From Nematocida ausubeli (taxonomy: Eukaryota), in the NCBI RefSeq assembly GCF_000738915.1, contig NW_026515636.1, forward strand, positions 521,175-585,174: 64,000 nt of DNA, given 5' to 3'. The notes under the pieces were generated by a model. That model was not told the origin of the DNA. It did no database searches and was given only the letters and a program-made list of their open reading frames with translations. Both the position numbers and the translations under genes were made by a program. Shown here in pieces: positions 32,044-42,920 of this stretch (position 1 is its first letter; the number at the start of each line of letters is the position of its first letter).

Positions 32044-32209
32044 TGGAAAATAAAATTCAAATAGTTCTATGAAGGAGTAGTTTATAAAGGTAGCAATTAC
32101 TACTGTCCATAATATATAAGGTATTTATACTACAGAGTGTCTTATTTGTATTATAAGACAGAAACAATAAAATATTTCAGTCAGAAGACACTAATATAAA
32201 TATTGATAG

Positions 32210-32440
32210 AAGTTGTTAAAGGGGTTTTATTTTTACCATATACACGAATATCTTTGGTGACTGTGATTCTTTGTCTTTTTGTTGAATATTTCTATTGAGA
32301 ATATTTTACTCTGGTTCTATTAATATTTTCACACTATTAGTCTTCTAGTATACGGAAGAATTCTTCTGAAGAGTGAGTTTATCATTGATGTACTTTGGTC
32401 ACAGAGTTAATGAAAGTGAGAATTTTCCCACAGTAAAAGG
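32210..32440 (+). repeat. Dispersed intergenic repeat family A copy
   Basis: Matches 19160-19340 and the reverse complement of 41730-41830 (TCATTGATG...GTCACAGAxTTAATGAAAGTGAG). Confidence 0.85.
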
Positions 32441-32630
32441 TGAATATTTGTTATCTCAGTGTAATTTATACGTACTCTATATCTTATATTCAGAAATAGT
32501 TAAACTTTAGTATTTATTTATACTCAATTACTTATGTAGTATTTCTTATAAACCAACAAGATAATAAATGACTTAATTAATCTGTTGGAAATAATATGTA
32601 ATTAGACTAAGTCAGGTGTATAGTACTATT

Positions 32631-33401
32631 TCATGCAGAATCCTCTGACTCTGGATTCTTTATACCAATATATTCCATGAAATACTTTTTGTTGTATATA
32701 TATAGAAATAATCCACCTAGGAATAAAATGAAGAAAATTAGTCCAATGGCTATTGCTAAATAACAGAAAAATAGTACAATTAAAGATAGTAGCCTTTTCA
32801 TTGATGAGCAATCACATGTTAAGGATTTATCTACTACCTTAATTTTATCACTTATTTTTGAGTCTGTTGTAATCTCGTATATATCACTCATGCTTTCACG
32901 TGATCTTTGAATATTCTTCTTATATGCACTAGTACTTAGTGTATTTTGTGCTGATTTTGTCTTTATTACACCAGATACAGATGGATTTTCTGATACTTTT
33001 TTATCACTAAGCCTATGGATGGAATGACTTCTAGTGGGAATATTATCGATGGTATTTTTAGACAGACGGTCTCCCATTTCTATATACGGGTTACTGTCAT
33101 CTTGTGAGGTACTTGCTAGATTCTCTGCTTTGTATGACTTTTTTAGGTTTGGTTTTGGGTTCACTTCCAATGACTCTGAGTCAGATTTGCAAGACCTGGT
33201 TAAAGAAAGTTCATTTTGTTCTTCTACAGATAAGATATTTTGAGTATTTTTATCTTTAATATCTGTAGATCCTTCTATACCAAGGGTATTATCTAAATAT
33301 TTTAGTGCTTTTCCTTCATTTTCTTCTAGTTTTCTACTAAGTCTTTTTTCTCTTTCTTGAACTGCCTTTGAAATATCCAGTTTAAGTTGTCTAGGATCCA
33401 T
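32631..33401 (-). CDS. Hypothetical protein, disordered N-terminus with C-terminal TM region
   Basis: 256-aa S/K-rich ORF with hydrophobic LLSLIVLFFCYLAIAIGLIFFILFLGGLFLYIY. Confidence 0.75.
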   Translation of the reverse strand: MDPRQLKLDISKAVQEREKRLSRKLEENEGKALKYLDNTLGIEGSTDIKDKNTQNILSVEEQNELSLTRSCKSDSESLEVNPKPNLKKSYKAENLASTSQDDSNPYIEMGDRLSKNTIDNIPTRSHSIHRLSDKKVSENPSVSGVIKTKSAQNTLSTSAYKKNIQRSRESMSDIYEITTDSKISDKIKVVDKSLTCDCSSMKRLLSLIVLFFCYLAIAIGLIFFILFLGGLFLYIYNKKYFMEYIGIKNPESEDSA

Positions 33402-34284
33402 ATTAAATATTTTAATTTTAGATTATATAAGCAGCAATCATAATCTTAGATTAAGTATTACAGTGAGTAGTCAATCTGATGTTCACTTTTCCTCCTGGAA
33501 ATATTACTATTTTTCTTCTAATTTTTCACCTATTTATAGACTATTTAGTCATTAATATACGAATAAATATGATATAAACTACAGTGGAAGTATGAGTTAA
33601 TGAAGTATAAGTTAATTAATGACAAAGTGAATTTCTTATAGAGAGTCATTATTATACTAGTTTATTTGTGAATTAAATTCTTTAATTATCTTGGTTTTAA
33701 TTAACTTTGGGATTAAACTAAACTAATTAATGTCATGTTTAGTGTAAACAAGCACAAATATATTTAATTAAATTTAACGGTTTTATTAGATATAACCCGA
33801 AGTCAATTTATAATCTACTGTATTAACAAATATACTACAATTATATCTAGTCTATAACCAGAATTACTAAAATACACGTACTCTTGTCTTTGCATAAATT
33901 CATGTTTATGTTCATATTTATAAAGAGAAGCATAAGAGGGTTAAACAGATAATAGAGATATATGTATACTTTTGTGTAGTATTAGAGTACTTCCAGGAAT
34001 ACTTATGTATTATATTGTCACAAATGGTTTAGTATAAAGAGTAAAAGGAATAAAATAGTTTAGTATAAAGACTGAAATTGTACAGAATAAAATTTAAAAA
34101 TAATTTAGTTCAAAGACTGAAGGGAATAAAATTCACTTTGAAAAGACTAAAATTTAAAAATAGTTTACTATAGAGACTAAAAGGAATAGAATAGTTTAGT
34201 ATAAAGACTGAGCTTGTACAAAGCCCAAAACTCACAACTATTAAGATGTATAAAAGAGTAAACCTGTACAGAGTAGATTGTTTA

Positions 34285-36453
34285 TTATTCTCGGCTTATG
34301 AGGTCAAACAGAATATTCTTTACTACGTCATTATCCGGGAGTATTTTGACTGTCTGCTTGCTTAGTGCACTTGATATTTCAATTGCCTTTACTTTTTCTG
34401 TCTCTGACAGTAAGTACTTCAGCAGTGATACTTTGCTTAGTAGGTCTAAGTATCTTTGAAGGGTGTCCTTTTTCTCTTTCAGTGGAGTCTGTGGGTCACC
34501 TGTGCTTAAAGACTCTAAAACAACAGAGAGTGCATCTAGTAGTAAATTAGTCTCAGTGTATACTGTGTTCTGTCTGCTCTCAAACCAATAGATTATTTGG
34601 TCATTGAAAACCTTCCAGTGTTTTACCTTTGAGATAACCTGTGGGTAAACGGAAAAAACTGCAGAATAATTATTTCTAAAGTACTCGTAGAAGAAGACGT
34701 GCAGATACTGTGCATCTTCTAAATTTGTCTGTTCAGAGTAGAATCTCTGCACTAATCTCTGCAGTAATTCTTTTGTTTGGTCTTCTGTGCAGAGACCTGT
34801 TAGAAGGATTTTTGTGATAGATTTATCCTGAAGCAAAAACTCTGTTGTTTTTACAATTTCAAAAACTAGATTAAAAATATCTGTTTTTTCCCTAAAAATA
34901 ATTGCTAGATCAACTAGTGCACACAATGCACTCTGTGAATTCTGTTTGGCCAGTGATAGCAACTGCTCTAATGCATCTGTACTCTGATTCTTCTCACAGG
35001 CACAAAGAACCTGTAGCCTAATACAACACTCTTTTATCTCTGCATCAGAAGAGAAAATTGCTGTTTTTGATTTTTCTTCAATCAGTTGGAAAACTGAAGG
35101 GAATTTTCCAATTGGAAGCTCCTTTGACTTCATCAGAGACTCAGCAAATAGAAGCTGTGTTCTTTCTTTTCCCACAGAAAGTGCCTTAATGTAGAATTTG
35201 TCATTTTCTGATCCACTACATGCTTTTATGATCATTTTGCAGACGGAGTCAACTACGCCTTGGAGTAAATCCACAGGCTGAGACAAGATGTAAAGTGCAC
35301 ATTTAACAAGAAGATTTCTTTCACTGCCCTGGAATACATCGTAATATTCCAGGAGTGCAAATAATGCATGGACTAAAGTCCCTTCATACTGGTCATCTAC
35401 TCCCACAGAACAAGCAGCATCTGCAATTGACTTCAGAAGGACAGCCATGTCAGGCAGTGAGATTGTGTCTCTTCCTCTCTCTTTATCAATGTGCTCCAGT
35501 GAGACCCACATGAGAAATAGAAGAGATGGAGTGGCTCTCTCCAAGAATTCTTCATTAAAACCATCTGCATATTCGTATCTTTTCATTAATTCTGCAAGTA
35601 CTCTCTCTAATGACTTATTATTTCTGTTCTCCAAATAGAATGCGTTAGTGAATAACTCGTACTTCCCATGGAATATTTCCTCGAAAATTATCTCAATTCT
35701 TTCCATACTTTTTTTTCTAATCTCTTCAACCCTTTCTTCCTCTAGAGATTGCAGTAGTGAAGACTTTTGTTCTAGATTTAAATCTTTTTCCCATGGGATA
35801 ACTGATAATTTACTTGTAGCAAAGACCATTCTGACTCCTTCATTTACATCTGCTGCCCTGCTTATAATTGCATCTATTGTGCTTTTATTAACCACAATAT
35901 ATTGAAGAACTAATTTGCGAACTTCTGCTGATGCGTCGTACCGTAGAAGGTCTTTAAAGAGTTTGTAAAATTGTAAGCCATTTTCAACTGCAGTCTCCTG
36001 GTACTTTGCTGCTATCCTAATTGCCTGTATCCTTACATTTACCTCTTTATCAAACAGTTTTTCACCAATTTTTATCTTAACGATCTCCCAAAGACGTGGA
36101 CTAACACTGTCTAAGTGCTCTATACAGCTCCAAAGTAAGGATAAACTATTATACCGAACATGTTTTAGCTTTGAGTCTAGTCCACGCACTAAATACTTAA
36201 TTAAATTATGCATGAAATTTCTCCCAATTTTCATATGCTTCAGTCTCTTCATTAACTCATTCATGAACTGAAGAAGACTCTTTGGAAGGTCACCCTTCTT
36301 GCATCCTATGATTATGCTGGTGCACTCACAGAATTCCTTAAATATGTCAGTCGTATCACCCTCCAATATTAATTGTTCCAGTTGCTGCAGTGCCTCCTTG
36401 GACTCCTGGATTTTCTCTGTCTGCACTGTATTCAACAGACTCCCAACACGCAT
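34285..36453 (-). CDS. YCG1: Condensin subunit CAP-G/Ycg1/Cnd3
   Basis: HEAT motifs RGLDSKLKHVRY, LFDKEVNVRIQA, DASAEVRKLVL and RAADVNEGVR. Confidence 0.82.
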   Translation of the reverse strand: MRVGSLLNTVQTEKIQESKEALQQLEQLILEGDTTDIFKEFCECTSIIIGCKKGDLPKSLLQFMNELMKRLKHMKIGRNFMHNLIKYLVRGLDSKLKHVRYNSLSLLWSCIEHLDSVSPRLWEIVKIKIGEKLFDKEVNVRIQAIRIAAKYQETAVENGLQFYKLFKDLLRYDASAEVRKLVLQYIVVNKSTIDAIISRAADVNEGVRMVFATSKLSVIPWEKDLNLEQKSSLLQSLEEERVEEIRKKSMERIEIIFEEIFHGKYELFTNAFYLENRNNKSLERVLAELMKRYEYADGFNEEFLERATPSLLFLMWVSLEHIDKERGRDTISLPDMAVLLKSIADAACSVGVDDQYEGTLVHALFALLEYYDVFQGSERNLLVKCALYILSQPVDLLQGVVDSVCKMIIKACSGSENDKFYIKALSVGKERTQLLFAESLMKSKELPIGKFPSVFQLIEEKSKTAIFSSDAEIKECCIRLQVLCACEKNQSTDALEQLLSLAKQNSQSALCALVDLAIIFREKTDIFNLVFEIVKTTEFLLQDKSITKILLTGLCTEDQTKELLQRLVQRFYSEQTNLEDAQYLHVFFYEYFRNNYSAVFSVYPQVISKVKHWKVFNDQIIYWFESRQNTVYTETNLLLDALSVVLESLSTGDPQTPLKEKKDTLQRYLDLLSKVSLLKYLLSETEKVKAIEISSALSKQTVKILPDNDVVKNILFDLISRE

Positions 36454-36483
36454 AAAAATAAATGAAATCTTGAAAAATTTACA

Positions 36484-36852
36484 ATGTCAGACCAAGAAAG
36501 CAGGGAAACATACGGAAGTGATGACAAGACATTTGAAGAGCACCAAGAAGAAATACTATTAGAAGAAGCAGATGTAGATGGAAGGATCAAAGAACCAGAG
36601 CAGGAGGCTGAGAAACGGTATACTTCACCAATTATGACTAAATTTGAGCGTGCTAAGATACTTGGTATCCGGGCACAGCAGATAAGCATGTCTGCCCCAA
36701 TTATGGTTGAGTATGGGGATGAAACAGATCCTGTTGAAATTGCAAAGAAAGAACTAAAAGAGAAGAAGACTCCATTAATTGTACTAAGAAGACTACCTGA
36801 TAATACGTATGAGAAGTGGGCAGTTAAAGACCTTATTAATTTCTATGACTAA
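36484..36852 (+). CDS. RPB6: RNA polymerase I/II/III shared subunit RPB6
   Basis: [26 protein letters not shown]...[11 protein letters not shown]. Confidence 0.96.
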   Translation: MSDQESRETYGSDDKTFEEHQEEILLEEADVDGRIKEPEQEAEKRYTSPIMTKFERAKILGIRAQQISMSAPIMVEYGDETDPVEIAKKELKEKKTPLIVLRRLPDNTYEKWAVKDLINFYD

Positions 36853-37105
36853 AGCACTCAATATAGATAGTTTATGTACCCTGTGATAGTCTATATAGAA
36901 TATTTTATGAGTGAATTTTCACTAAGCCAGATAGTTTTAATCTATAAATATACAGTAGAAATTAGATGTAATATATATACAGTAGTATACGTATGAATAA
37001 GAATATCTTTTATATCTGTATTTCTGCATATTTTCAGACTAAAATATACAATATTCTACTATATGTTAAGTAAAGAGTGCAAAGTAATTTTATAATTAGT
37101 TTTTT

Positions 37106-38710
37106 ATGAACAAAGTAGAGGCAGTAATAAGAATACGGCCATTATCCACTCAGGAGAAGGACAGGGGAACAAAACAAGGCTGGTGCAGAATAGGGGACAG
37201 AGGCATAATACAACACTTGAATGCCCAGGGTCAAGAGGTTTCAGCACAGACATTACTGTTTGATTGGGTCTTTGGTGAAGACTCCAAGAATGAAGACGTA
37301 TTCACCCATATAAATAGTACAGTAGATGAGTCACTGTATGGTGTGAATGTATGTATAATTGCATATGGACAGACATCCTCTGGTAAGACACACACTATGA
37401 AGGGTGTTCTACCAGGTGGCTACTACACGGAAATGAGTGAGAACAGAAATGAAAATGTACATAAGTCATTGAATATAGAAAGAAATGGGACAGGATGCGG
37501 TAATGACCCGGGTGTAATACCCAGGTCACTCGATTGGATATTCAGTAAAAAGACACAGCACAGGATAAGTCTGTCTTACGTTGAAGTTTATAATGAGAAT
37601 ATTTATGACTTACTGGGTGATCCATCAGAGGCACTACAGATACGTGAGTCTGCAGATGGAGATGTCTATATTAAAGATGTCTCTGAGATAGAAGTAATGA
37701 CAAAATATGATGCAGCCTTATTATTCCGTAAGGGAAATGCAATTAGAAAGGTCTCTGCCACAAGGATGAACAGAGAGAGTAGTAGGAGTCATGCAGTCCT
37801 TAAGCTAACAATAAGACAGAAAGGGATAAGGTCTACTTTGGTTTTTGTGGATCTGGCTGGATCTGAAAGAGTCAGTACAGCGCACACCTCAGGGACAACA
37901 CTGAAGGAAGGTGCCTGCATAAATAAGAGTCTTCTGGCATTGACAAGCGTAATCTCAAAGTTATCCAAGAAGAACCCACATATTCCTTACAGAGATGCAA
38001 AACTAACAAGAATTTTACAACCGTCATTTTCAGGTGCATCAAAAACTGTTTTGATTTGTGCAATTTCACCAACACCTGCCTGCATAGATGAGACTATTTC
38101 AACACTCTCATTAGCAAGTAGAGCCAGAAATATAGAGATTAAGCCAACACAGAAACCACAGGTCAGAAAAGAACCTAAAATAAACCACATGAGAATGCAA
38201 GAAATTCAAGCTACAGTTGAATTAGCTAAAAGAACTATCACAGATATCAGGAAAGACCTTAAATCTGCTGAGTCAATTATCTCATCAATACCCTGGATTA
38301 AGAATTCCTCCTTAAATGACCATATATTTGCTGCAAGTATGCTTACTAGTATACTAGCAGAGATAAAAGACACAAAAAGAGAACATACAGATAAAGTAGC
38401 CCAATTAGCAGCATCTGTACAGTACTTACTAAAGCAAGAGAAGTACATCTCACAGTTAATTGCACCAGCCCCAGATGCAGCAATCCTTCTTGAGCACCTG
38501 GCAGAAGGAGATGCACTAATTCAAAGACAAAAAGAAGAAATAGAACAGCTTAAGAAGAGTAAACACATTGATGAGACAAATATCTCAATGGCAATGGAAA
38601 TGGACAGGCTTAAAAAGGCAACAGACCGAGAGAAAAGAATTCTTCAACTGAAAATAGCCCAATTAAAGTCACAAATCAAGACACAAGGATCACCAGACAC
38701 CACAGAATAA
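37106..38710 (+). CDS. N-terminal-motor kinesin (possibly kinesin-7/CENP-E-like)
   Basis: AYGQTSSGKT, NRESSRSH, VDLAGSE, HIPYRDAKLT and a C-terminal coiled coil. Confidence 0.92.
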   Translation: MNKVEAVIRIRPLSTQEKDRGTKQGWCRIGDRGIIQHLNAQGQEVSAQTLLFDWVFGEDSKNEDVFTHINSTVDESLYGVNVCIIAYGQTSSGKTHTMKGVLPGGYYTEMSENRNENVHKSLNIERNGTGCGNDPGVIPRSLDWIFSKKTQHRISLSYVEVYNENIYDLLGDPSEALQIRESADGDVYIKDVSEIEVMTKYDAALLFRKGNAIRKVSATRMNRESSRSHAVLKLTIRQKGIRSTLVFVDLAGSERVSTAHTSGTTLKEGACINKSLLALTSVISKLSKKNPHIPYRDAKLTRILQPSFSGASKTVLICAISPTPACIDETISTLSLASRARNIEIKPTQKPQVRKEPKINHMRMQEIQATVELAKRTITDIRKDLKSAESIISSIPWIKNSSLNDHIFAASMLTSILAEIKDTKREHTDKVAQLAASVQYLLKQEKYISQLIAPAPDAAILLEHLAEGDALIQRQKEEIEQLKKSKHIDETNISMAMEMDRLKKATDREKRILQLKIAQLKSQIKTQGSPDTTE

Positions 38711-38834
38711 AACAATGCATAAATATATCTATATATATAATAATGCACAAATATACAACTCATAGGAATATCGCATATCTTAGTCTATACTAACGGAAAC
38801 AAAAGAATAAAAATTATTTTTTTTTATTACCACC

Positions 38835-39344
38835 ATGCATATGAAAGAATACAAAGTACTCGCTTCTGAGAAACCATCTGCAGCCAACCCAGTGCCACAG
38901 ATCTTTGCAAACAATGTTTTCGCCCCAAATGAAATCATTGCAAGAAGCAAAACATTCAACTTATTAAGAAAGCAGTACAAAATCAAGCTTGCCACTGGTG
39001 TGGTTTTGAAGATGGAGGAAGTACCACAGCACAATGACGGAAAAGTAAGAACTTTTGGTGTCAGAGCAGCATACATAATCAAGAGAAAGACTGTCAATGT
39101 TCATAAGGAAATTAGAGCATTAAGCAGAGCAGAGGCTGTATTCAGCTTATGGCAGGACCTTAGAAGCAGACACAGCGTAAGACCAGAGACAGTTGGAATT
39201 ATTGAGGTAACTGAGATAGCCACAAAGGACATCACCAGCAAAGAACTCTTACAAATTGCAACAAACCCAAGATACCCACTCTTTGACAAGAGAATTCCAC
39301 TCAGTGACCCATCCTGCAAAGTAGTTGCACTTGACAGAGCATAA
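38835..39344 (+). CDS. RPL20: 60S ribosomal protein eL20 (L18a)
   Basis: VFAPNEIIARSK, KIKLATGVV, NVHKEIR and DLRSRH. Confidence 0.88.
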   Translation: MHMKEYKVLASEKPSAANPVPQIFANNVFAPNEIIARSKTFNLLRKQYKIKLATGVVLKMEEVPQHNDGKVRTFGVRAAYIIKRKTVNVHKEIRALSRAEAVFSLWQDLRSRHSVRPETVGIIEVTEIATKDITSKELLQIATNPRYPLFDKRIPLSDPSCKVVALDRA

Positions 39345-39619
39345 ATAAATTTATACTTTCAACTTAACCTTACCACCAGCCCACAGCATCACAGGATATA
39401 GAGTATTAGTCTGCTGCCTGGCATCACTCAAGAGTCTTTCACTGCACAGAACAAAATAACCGAAAATATCACAAAATACCACATGTTTATGAATACTTTT
39501 TAGAATACACAAGTCACTGCATACTGATTAGTCTATAATACACTGGAATATGCTTAGTCTTAGTGTACCTGTATATAACACGTTAGATAATTTAATTCGG
39601 GTTATTTTTAGTCACATGG

Positions 39620-40260
39620 ATTGCGTAGATAATCAGTGTATAGTGTATTATAGACTAATTAGTGTCTAGTGTATTATAGACTAATCAGTATATTACAAAA
39701 TATTTTCTACTGTAGTACAGACTAAGTATCACTGTATAGTGTAGTATAGACTAATTACTGCCTAATTCTTTGTATTACAATATAATTACTGTCTACTGTA
39801 TTACAGACTAATTACTGTCTAGTATTCTATAGAATAATATTTTTTATTGTCGACAAGAAATTTAAAAATGAAATTTATTTAAAATTACTACTAGTAGTAG
39901 TAGTAGTAGAGACAACAACAAAAATAATACACTGTCTAGTACTATATAGACTAACTATCACTGTCCAGTGTATTATAGACTAATTACTACTGTCTAGTAC
40001 TACGATATAGACTAATCAATTTATAGTGCATTATAGACTAATTGTTGCTGCCTAGTAGTATATGAAAACAATAACTTCACTGCCTAGTACTATATGAAAA
40101 TAATTACTACTGTCTAGTGGACTATAGACTAATTATCACTGCCTTAGTGTATTATAGACCAATTCCTCACAACATAACAATTTCACTACCTTAGTGCTTT
40201 ACAACATAATAATCTCACCACCTCACTGCCTTAGTACTGCCTTATTACTGCCTTATTAGT
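39620..40260. repeat. Degenerate TAGACTAAT/CTGTCTAGT tandem array
   Basis: About 10 copies of TATAGACTAAT-like units interleaved with ACTG(T/C)CTAGT. Confidence 0.75.
39844..39918 (+). repeat. Inverted-repeat-bounded element B, copy 3
   Basis: TTATTGTCGACAAGAAATTTAAAAATGAAATTTATTTAAAATTACTACTAGTAG...GACAACAA is a close reverse complement of 31356-31440. Confidence 0.8.
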
Positions 40261-40325
40261 ACAAAATCTTAAACTGCCATGAACCTGGTATAATTCAACG
40301 GATACTTCAATTAATAAGATATTTA

Positions 40326-41453
40326 TTAGTCTATAACACAGCACAGCTCAACTTGGAAGACAAGCACTGAGTTTGGTGGTATACCACCAACTCTAACAGA
40401 TCCATACCCTAGATGAGGTGGTATTGTTATGGTCCTTTTGCTTCCAACGTGCATTCCTTCTATTCCAAGCTCAAGTCCCCTGATTATCTGGCCATCTCCC
40501 ATTCTAAAGACAAGACCTGATGACTTGTTCTTCTCAACCATCTTGTTATTCACAAATAACGTATATTTTATCTTTACTTTATCTGTCTTCTGTGCTACCT
40601 TCTTTTGTTTTGACTTGAAAGTATCAACTATCTTTATGTCCTTCAAGTCCTTTTGTCTCTCAGCTAATTTCTTCTCTTCTTTTGAGAGTTTCTTCTCTGG
40701 GGTATTTAATTCTTGGGGTGATCTTCCTGGTGTTTTGTTCTTTTTTGCTACTCCCATGATGTGCTCCATCTTCTCGTCTGATATAAAGTCATTATCATTT
40801 ATTTCTTCACTCTCTTCTGTATCCTCGCAGTCACATTCTTCAAAGGGTAACCCGCATTCGTAACAGTCTTCTTCCTCTGAATCTTCTTCTGGTGCTGCAT
40901 ACCCTACTATTTCTACTTCTCCCTTGCCAACTATAAATAACTGAAGTTCTGCATCTTCAAAGGTCTCCAAGGATATTTCTGCTGTCTCTATCCTGTTAGG
41001 CACAAGATTAGCTAAGGTTATTTCTTCTCCATTCACTAAAAGACATAAAGACAGTCTCTCTGAGGCACAAGAAACAATGGATACTAAGCTATATACTGTA
41101 GGACCAGTCACTAAAACCTTCTCATGCTCCTTTATTCTTAGTGTAACCAAAGAAGTAGTCTCACTTGGGGCCTTCTCATATTCACTCTCTAAATATGAGA
41201 TATGAACTGCATTGTTCGTTGTAGATGACAACTTAAATATTTCCCCAGGCTGAAGAATTGTATTAGCTACAATACTCTCATTGACACCAGGAACAAGTGT
41301 ACATAGTATTATTCTATTCCCATGGACATCTTCTGCAATTAAAGATGTTTTTGTCTTTGATCCATCCTTTTTTATCAAAGTGAAATCATTAAGAAGGGTT
41401 TCAGTTGATGTTTTAAAGACTGTCTCTCCTAGTACTTCTATTCCTTTATGCAT
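40326..41453 (-). CDS. Nucleoplasmin-domain FKBP prolyl isomerase / histone chaperone (Fpr3/Fpr4-like)
   Basis: NPL-like IILCTLVPG and LANLVPN, an acidic tract, a basic tract, and a C-terminal FKBP domain (IIRGLELGIEGMHVGSKRTITIPPHLGYG...IPPNSVLVFQVEL). Confidence 0.88.
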   Translation of the reverse strand: MHKGIEVLGETVFKTSTETLLNDFTLIKKDGSKTKTSLIAEDVHGNRIILCTLVPGVNESIVANTILQPGEIFKLSSTTNNAVHISYLESEYEKAPSETTSLVTLRIKEHEKVLVTGPTVYSLVSIVSCASERLSLCLLVNGEEITLANLVPNRIETAEISLETFEDAELQLFIVGKGEVEIVGYAAPEEDSEEEDCYECGLPFEECDCEDTEESEEINDNDFISDEKMEHIMGVAKKNKTPGRSPQELNTPEKKLSKEEKKLAERQKDLKDIKIVDTFKSKQKKVAQKTDKVKIKYTLFVNNKMVEKNKSSGLVFRMGDGQIIRGLELGIEGMHVGSKRTITIPPHLGYGSVRVGGIPPNSVLVFQVELCCVID

Positions 41454-41729
41454 GTATAAATTTTTTAAATATTCATATTTATAAAAATGCCGTTATAAAT
41501 AATATATTTCATACAGTATATTAGTGCATATTAGTGTATTAGTATATATTAGTATATTGATTATTTATCTATTTCCCCATATCCTGTCAATATTATATCC
41601 ATTGTATACTATTATAACCCGAAATATAAATTTATAATATTTCTACTAGAAATAGTCGTATTTCATGTAGTATTACAGTGTATTAGTGTATATTAGTATG
41701 TATTAGTATATATTACAGTGTATTAGTAT

Positions 41730-42035
41730 GGTAAAATACTCACTTTCATTAAATCTGTGACTAAAGTGCGACTAAATTGCATCAATGATTAATGCACTCT
41801 TCCAGAAGATTCCTGGTATACCAGAGACTGACTATATAATAGTAAAATAGTAAGAACAATTCAAGGAAGAAGGAATATGTCAACAGTAAGAAATACATCC
41901 ATTAAGTACACAAAAGATAACAGTCACCAACCTTAGAATTACAAAAATAATACTCCCTTGACAACTACCCCTATTAGAGTCTAAAATACTACTATTCCCA
42001 GACTAGCTAGTCACCCTCCTTTAGTCACGTCAGTA
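41730..42035 (-). repeat. Dispersed intergenic repeat family A, long copy (reverse)
   Basis: Reverse complement of 15871-16170. Confidence 0.85.
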
Positions 42036-42465
42036 TTACAGTGTATTAGTATATAAGAATAGATGGTTTCAACAAGAAATAATAATTATCCCATATACCC
42101 CATATACTCCATATATCATATACTCCATATACCATACTACTACGCCCATGGTTCTAGAATATTTAATTATAATTCATTGATATTCTCATAGTCTAGTACT
42201 CTCACATACACATTCATTAATTCTCACTAATTAATATTCTAGTATATTACCATAATTATTAGTATAAATATACACTCATATATATTAATATACTTTAGTC
42301 ACACTGTCTTATTCACTAAATAGTTTAAATCCTTCTGTCTCTATAAGAATATATAAGAATAATTTACGAAGAGACCATTCCCTTCTGTACTAGAATGAAT
42401 TTCCTATGGATTTTATTTTTTTGCTAAATTGACTACTACAGAACAATTGTACACTATAGAGACTA

Positions 42466-42915
42466 TTATCGAATGAATCTTTGCTTAATCTCCTTTATCT
42501 TTGTGTCTTTGTAATCGATGGTTTTATTGAGGTAGTACCTTTCTTCTTCTACTTTTAGTCTTTCTTCCATTACAATTAGCTCATTGAAAGAATCTTCTTC
42601 TGAGCAAAGAATATTTGCTAGGGTACTTAATGTCTCTGTCATATCCTGTAGATCAGATACTCTATTTACACTACTATATATTAAGTCATCGTATGTTTGG
42701 GATAGAAATATATGGTAGGGAATGAGTGAGTCATAAGCACTTGTGATACTTGTGAATGGTTCTATTCTTGGATTTAGCACTTTATCTTGATCCCTTTTGA
42801 GTGCTTTAAGAATAATATCTTTATTTAACGGCGGATTCAAACGGTGTAAAATATTTTCTGTCGGAATACTTGTCTCATACACATTTTCATGCATAAATAA
42901 AAGTTTTAATTCCAT
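42466..42915 (-). CDS. Stand-alone GLTSCR1/BICRA-domain protein
   Basis: RDQDKVLNPRIEPFTSITSAYDSLIPYHIF fits the GLTSCR1 motif DQ..vl.P...PF.s..dA...L.PYH. Confidence 0.65.
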   Translation of the reverse strand: MELKLLFMHENVYETSIPTENILHRLNPPLNKDIILKALKRDQDKVLNPRIEPFTSITSAYDSLIPYHIFLSQTYDDLIYSSVNRVSDLQDMTETLSTLANILCSEEDSFNELIVMEERLKVEEERYYLNKTIDYKDTKIKEIKQRFIR

Positions 42916-42920
42916 TTTAT

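Noticed and set aside
39620..40260. CRISPR-like repeat/spacer appearance of intergenic arrays
   Set aside because: The units are degenerate with no unique fixed-length spacers, there are no cas genes, and the context is eukaryotic.
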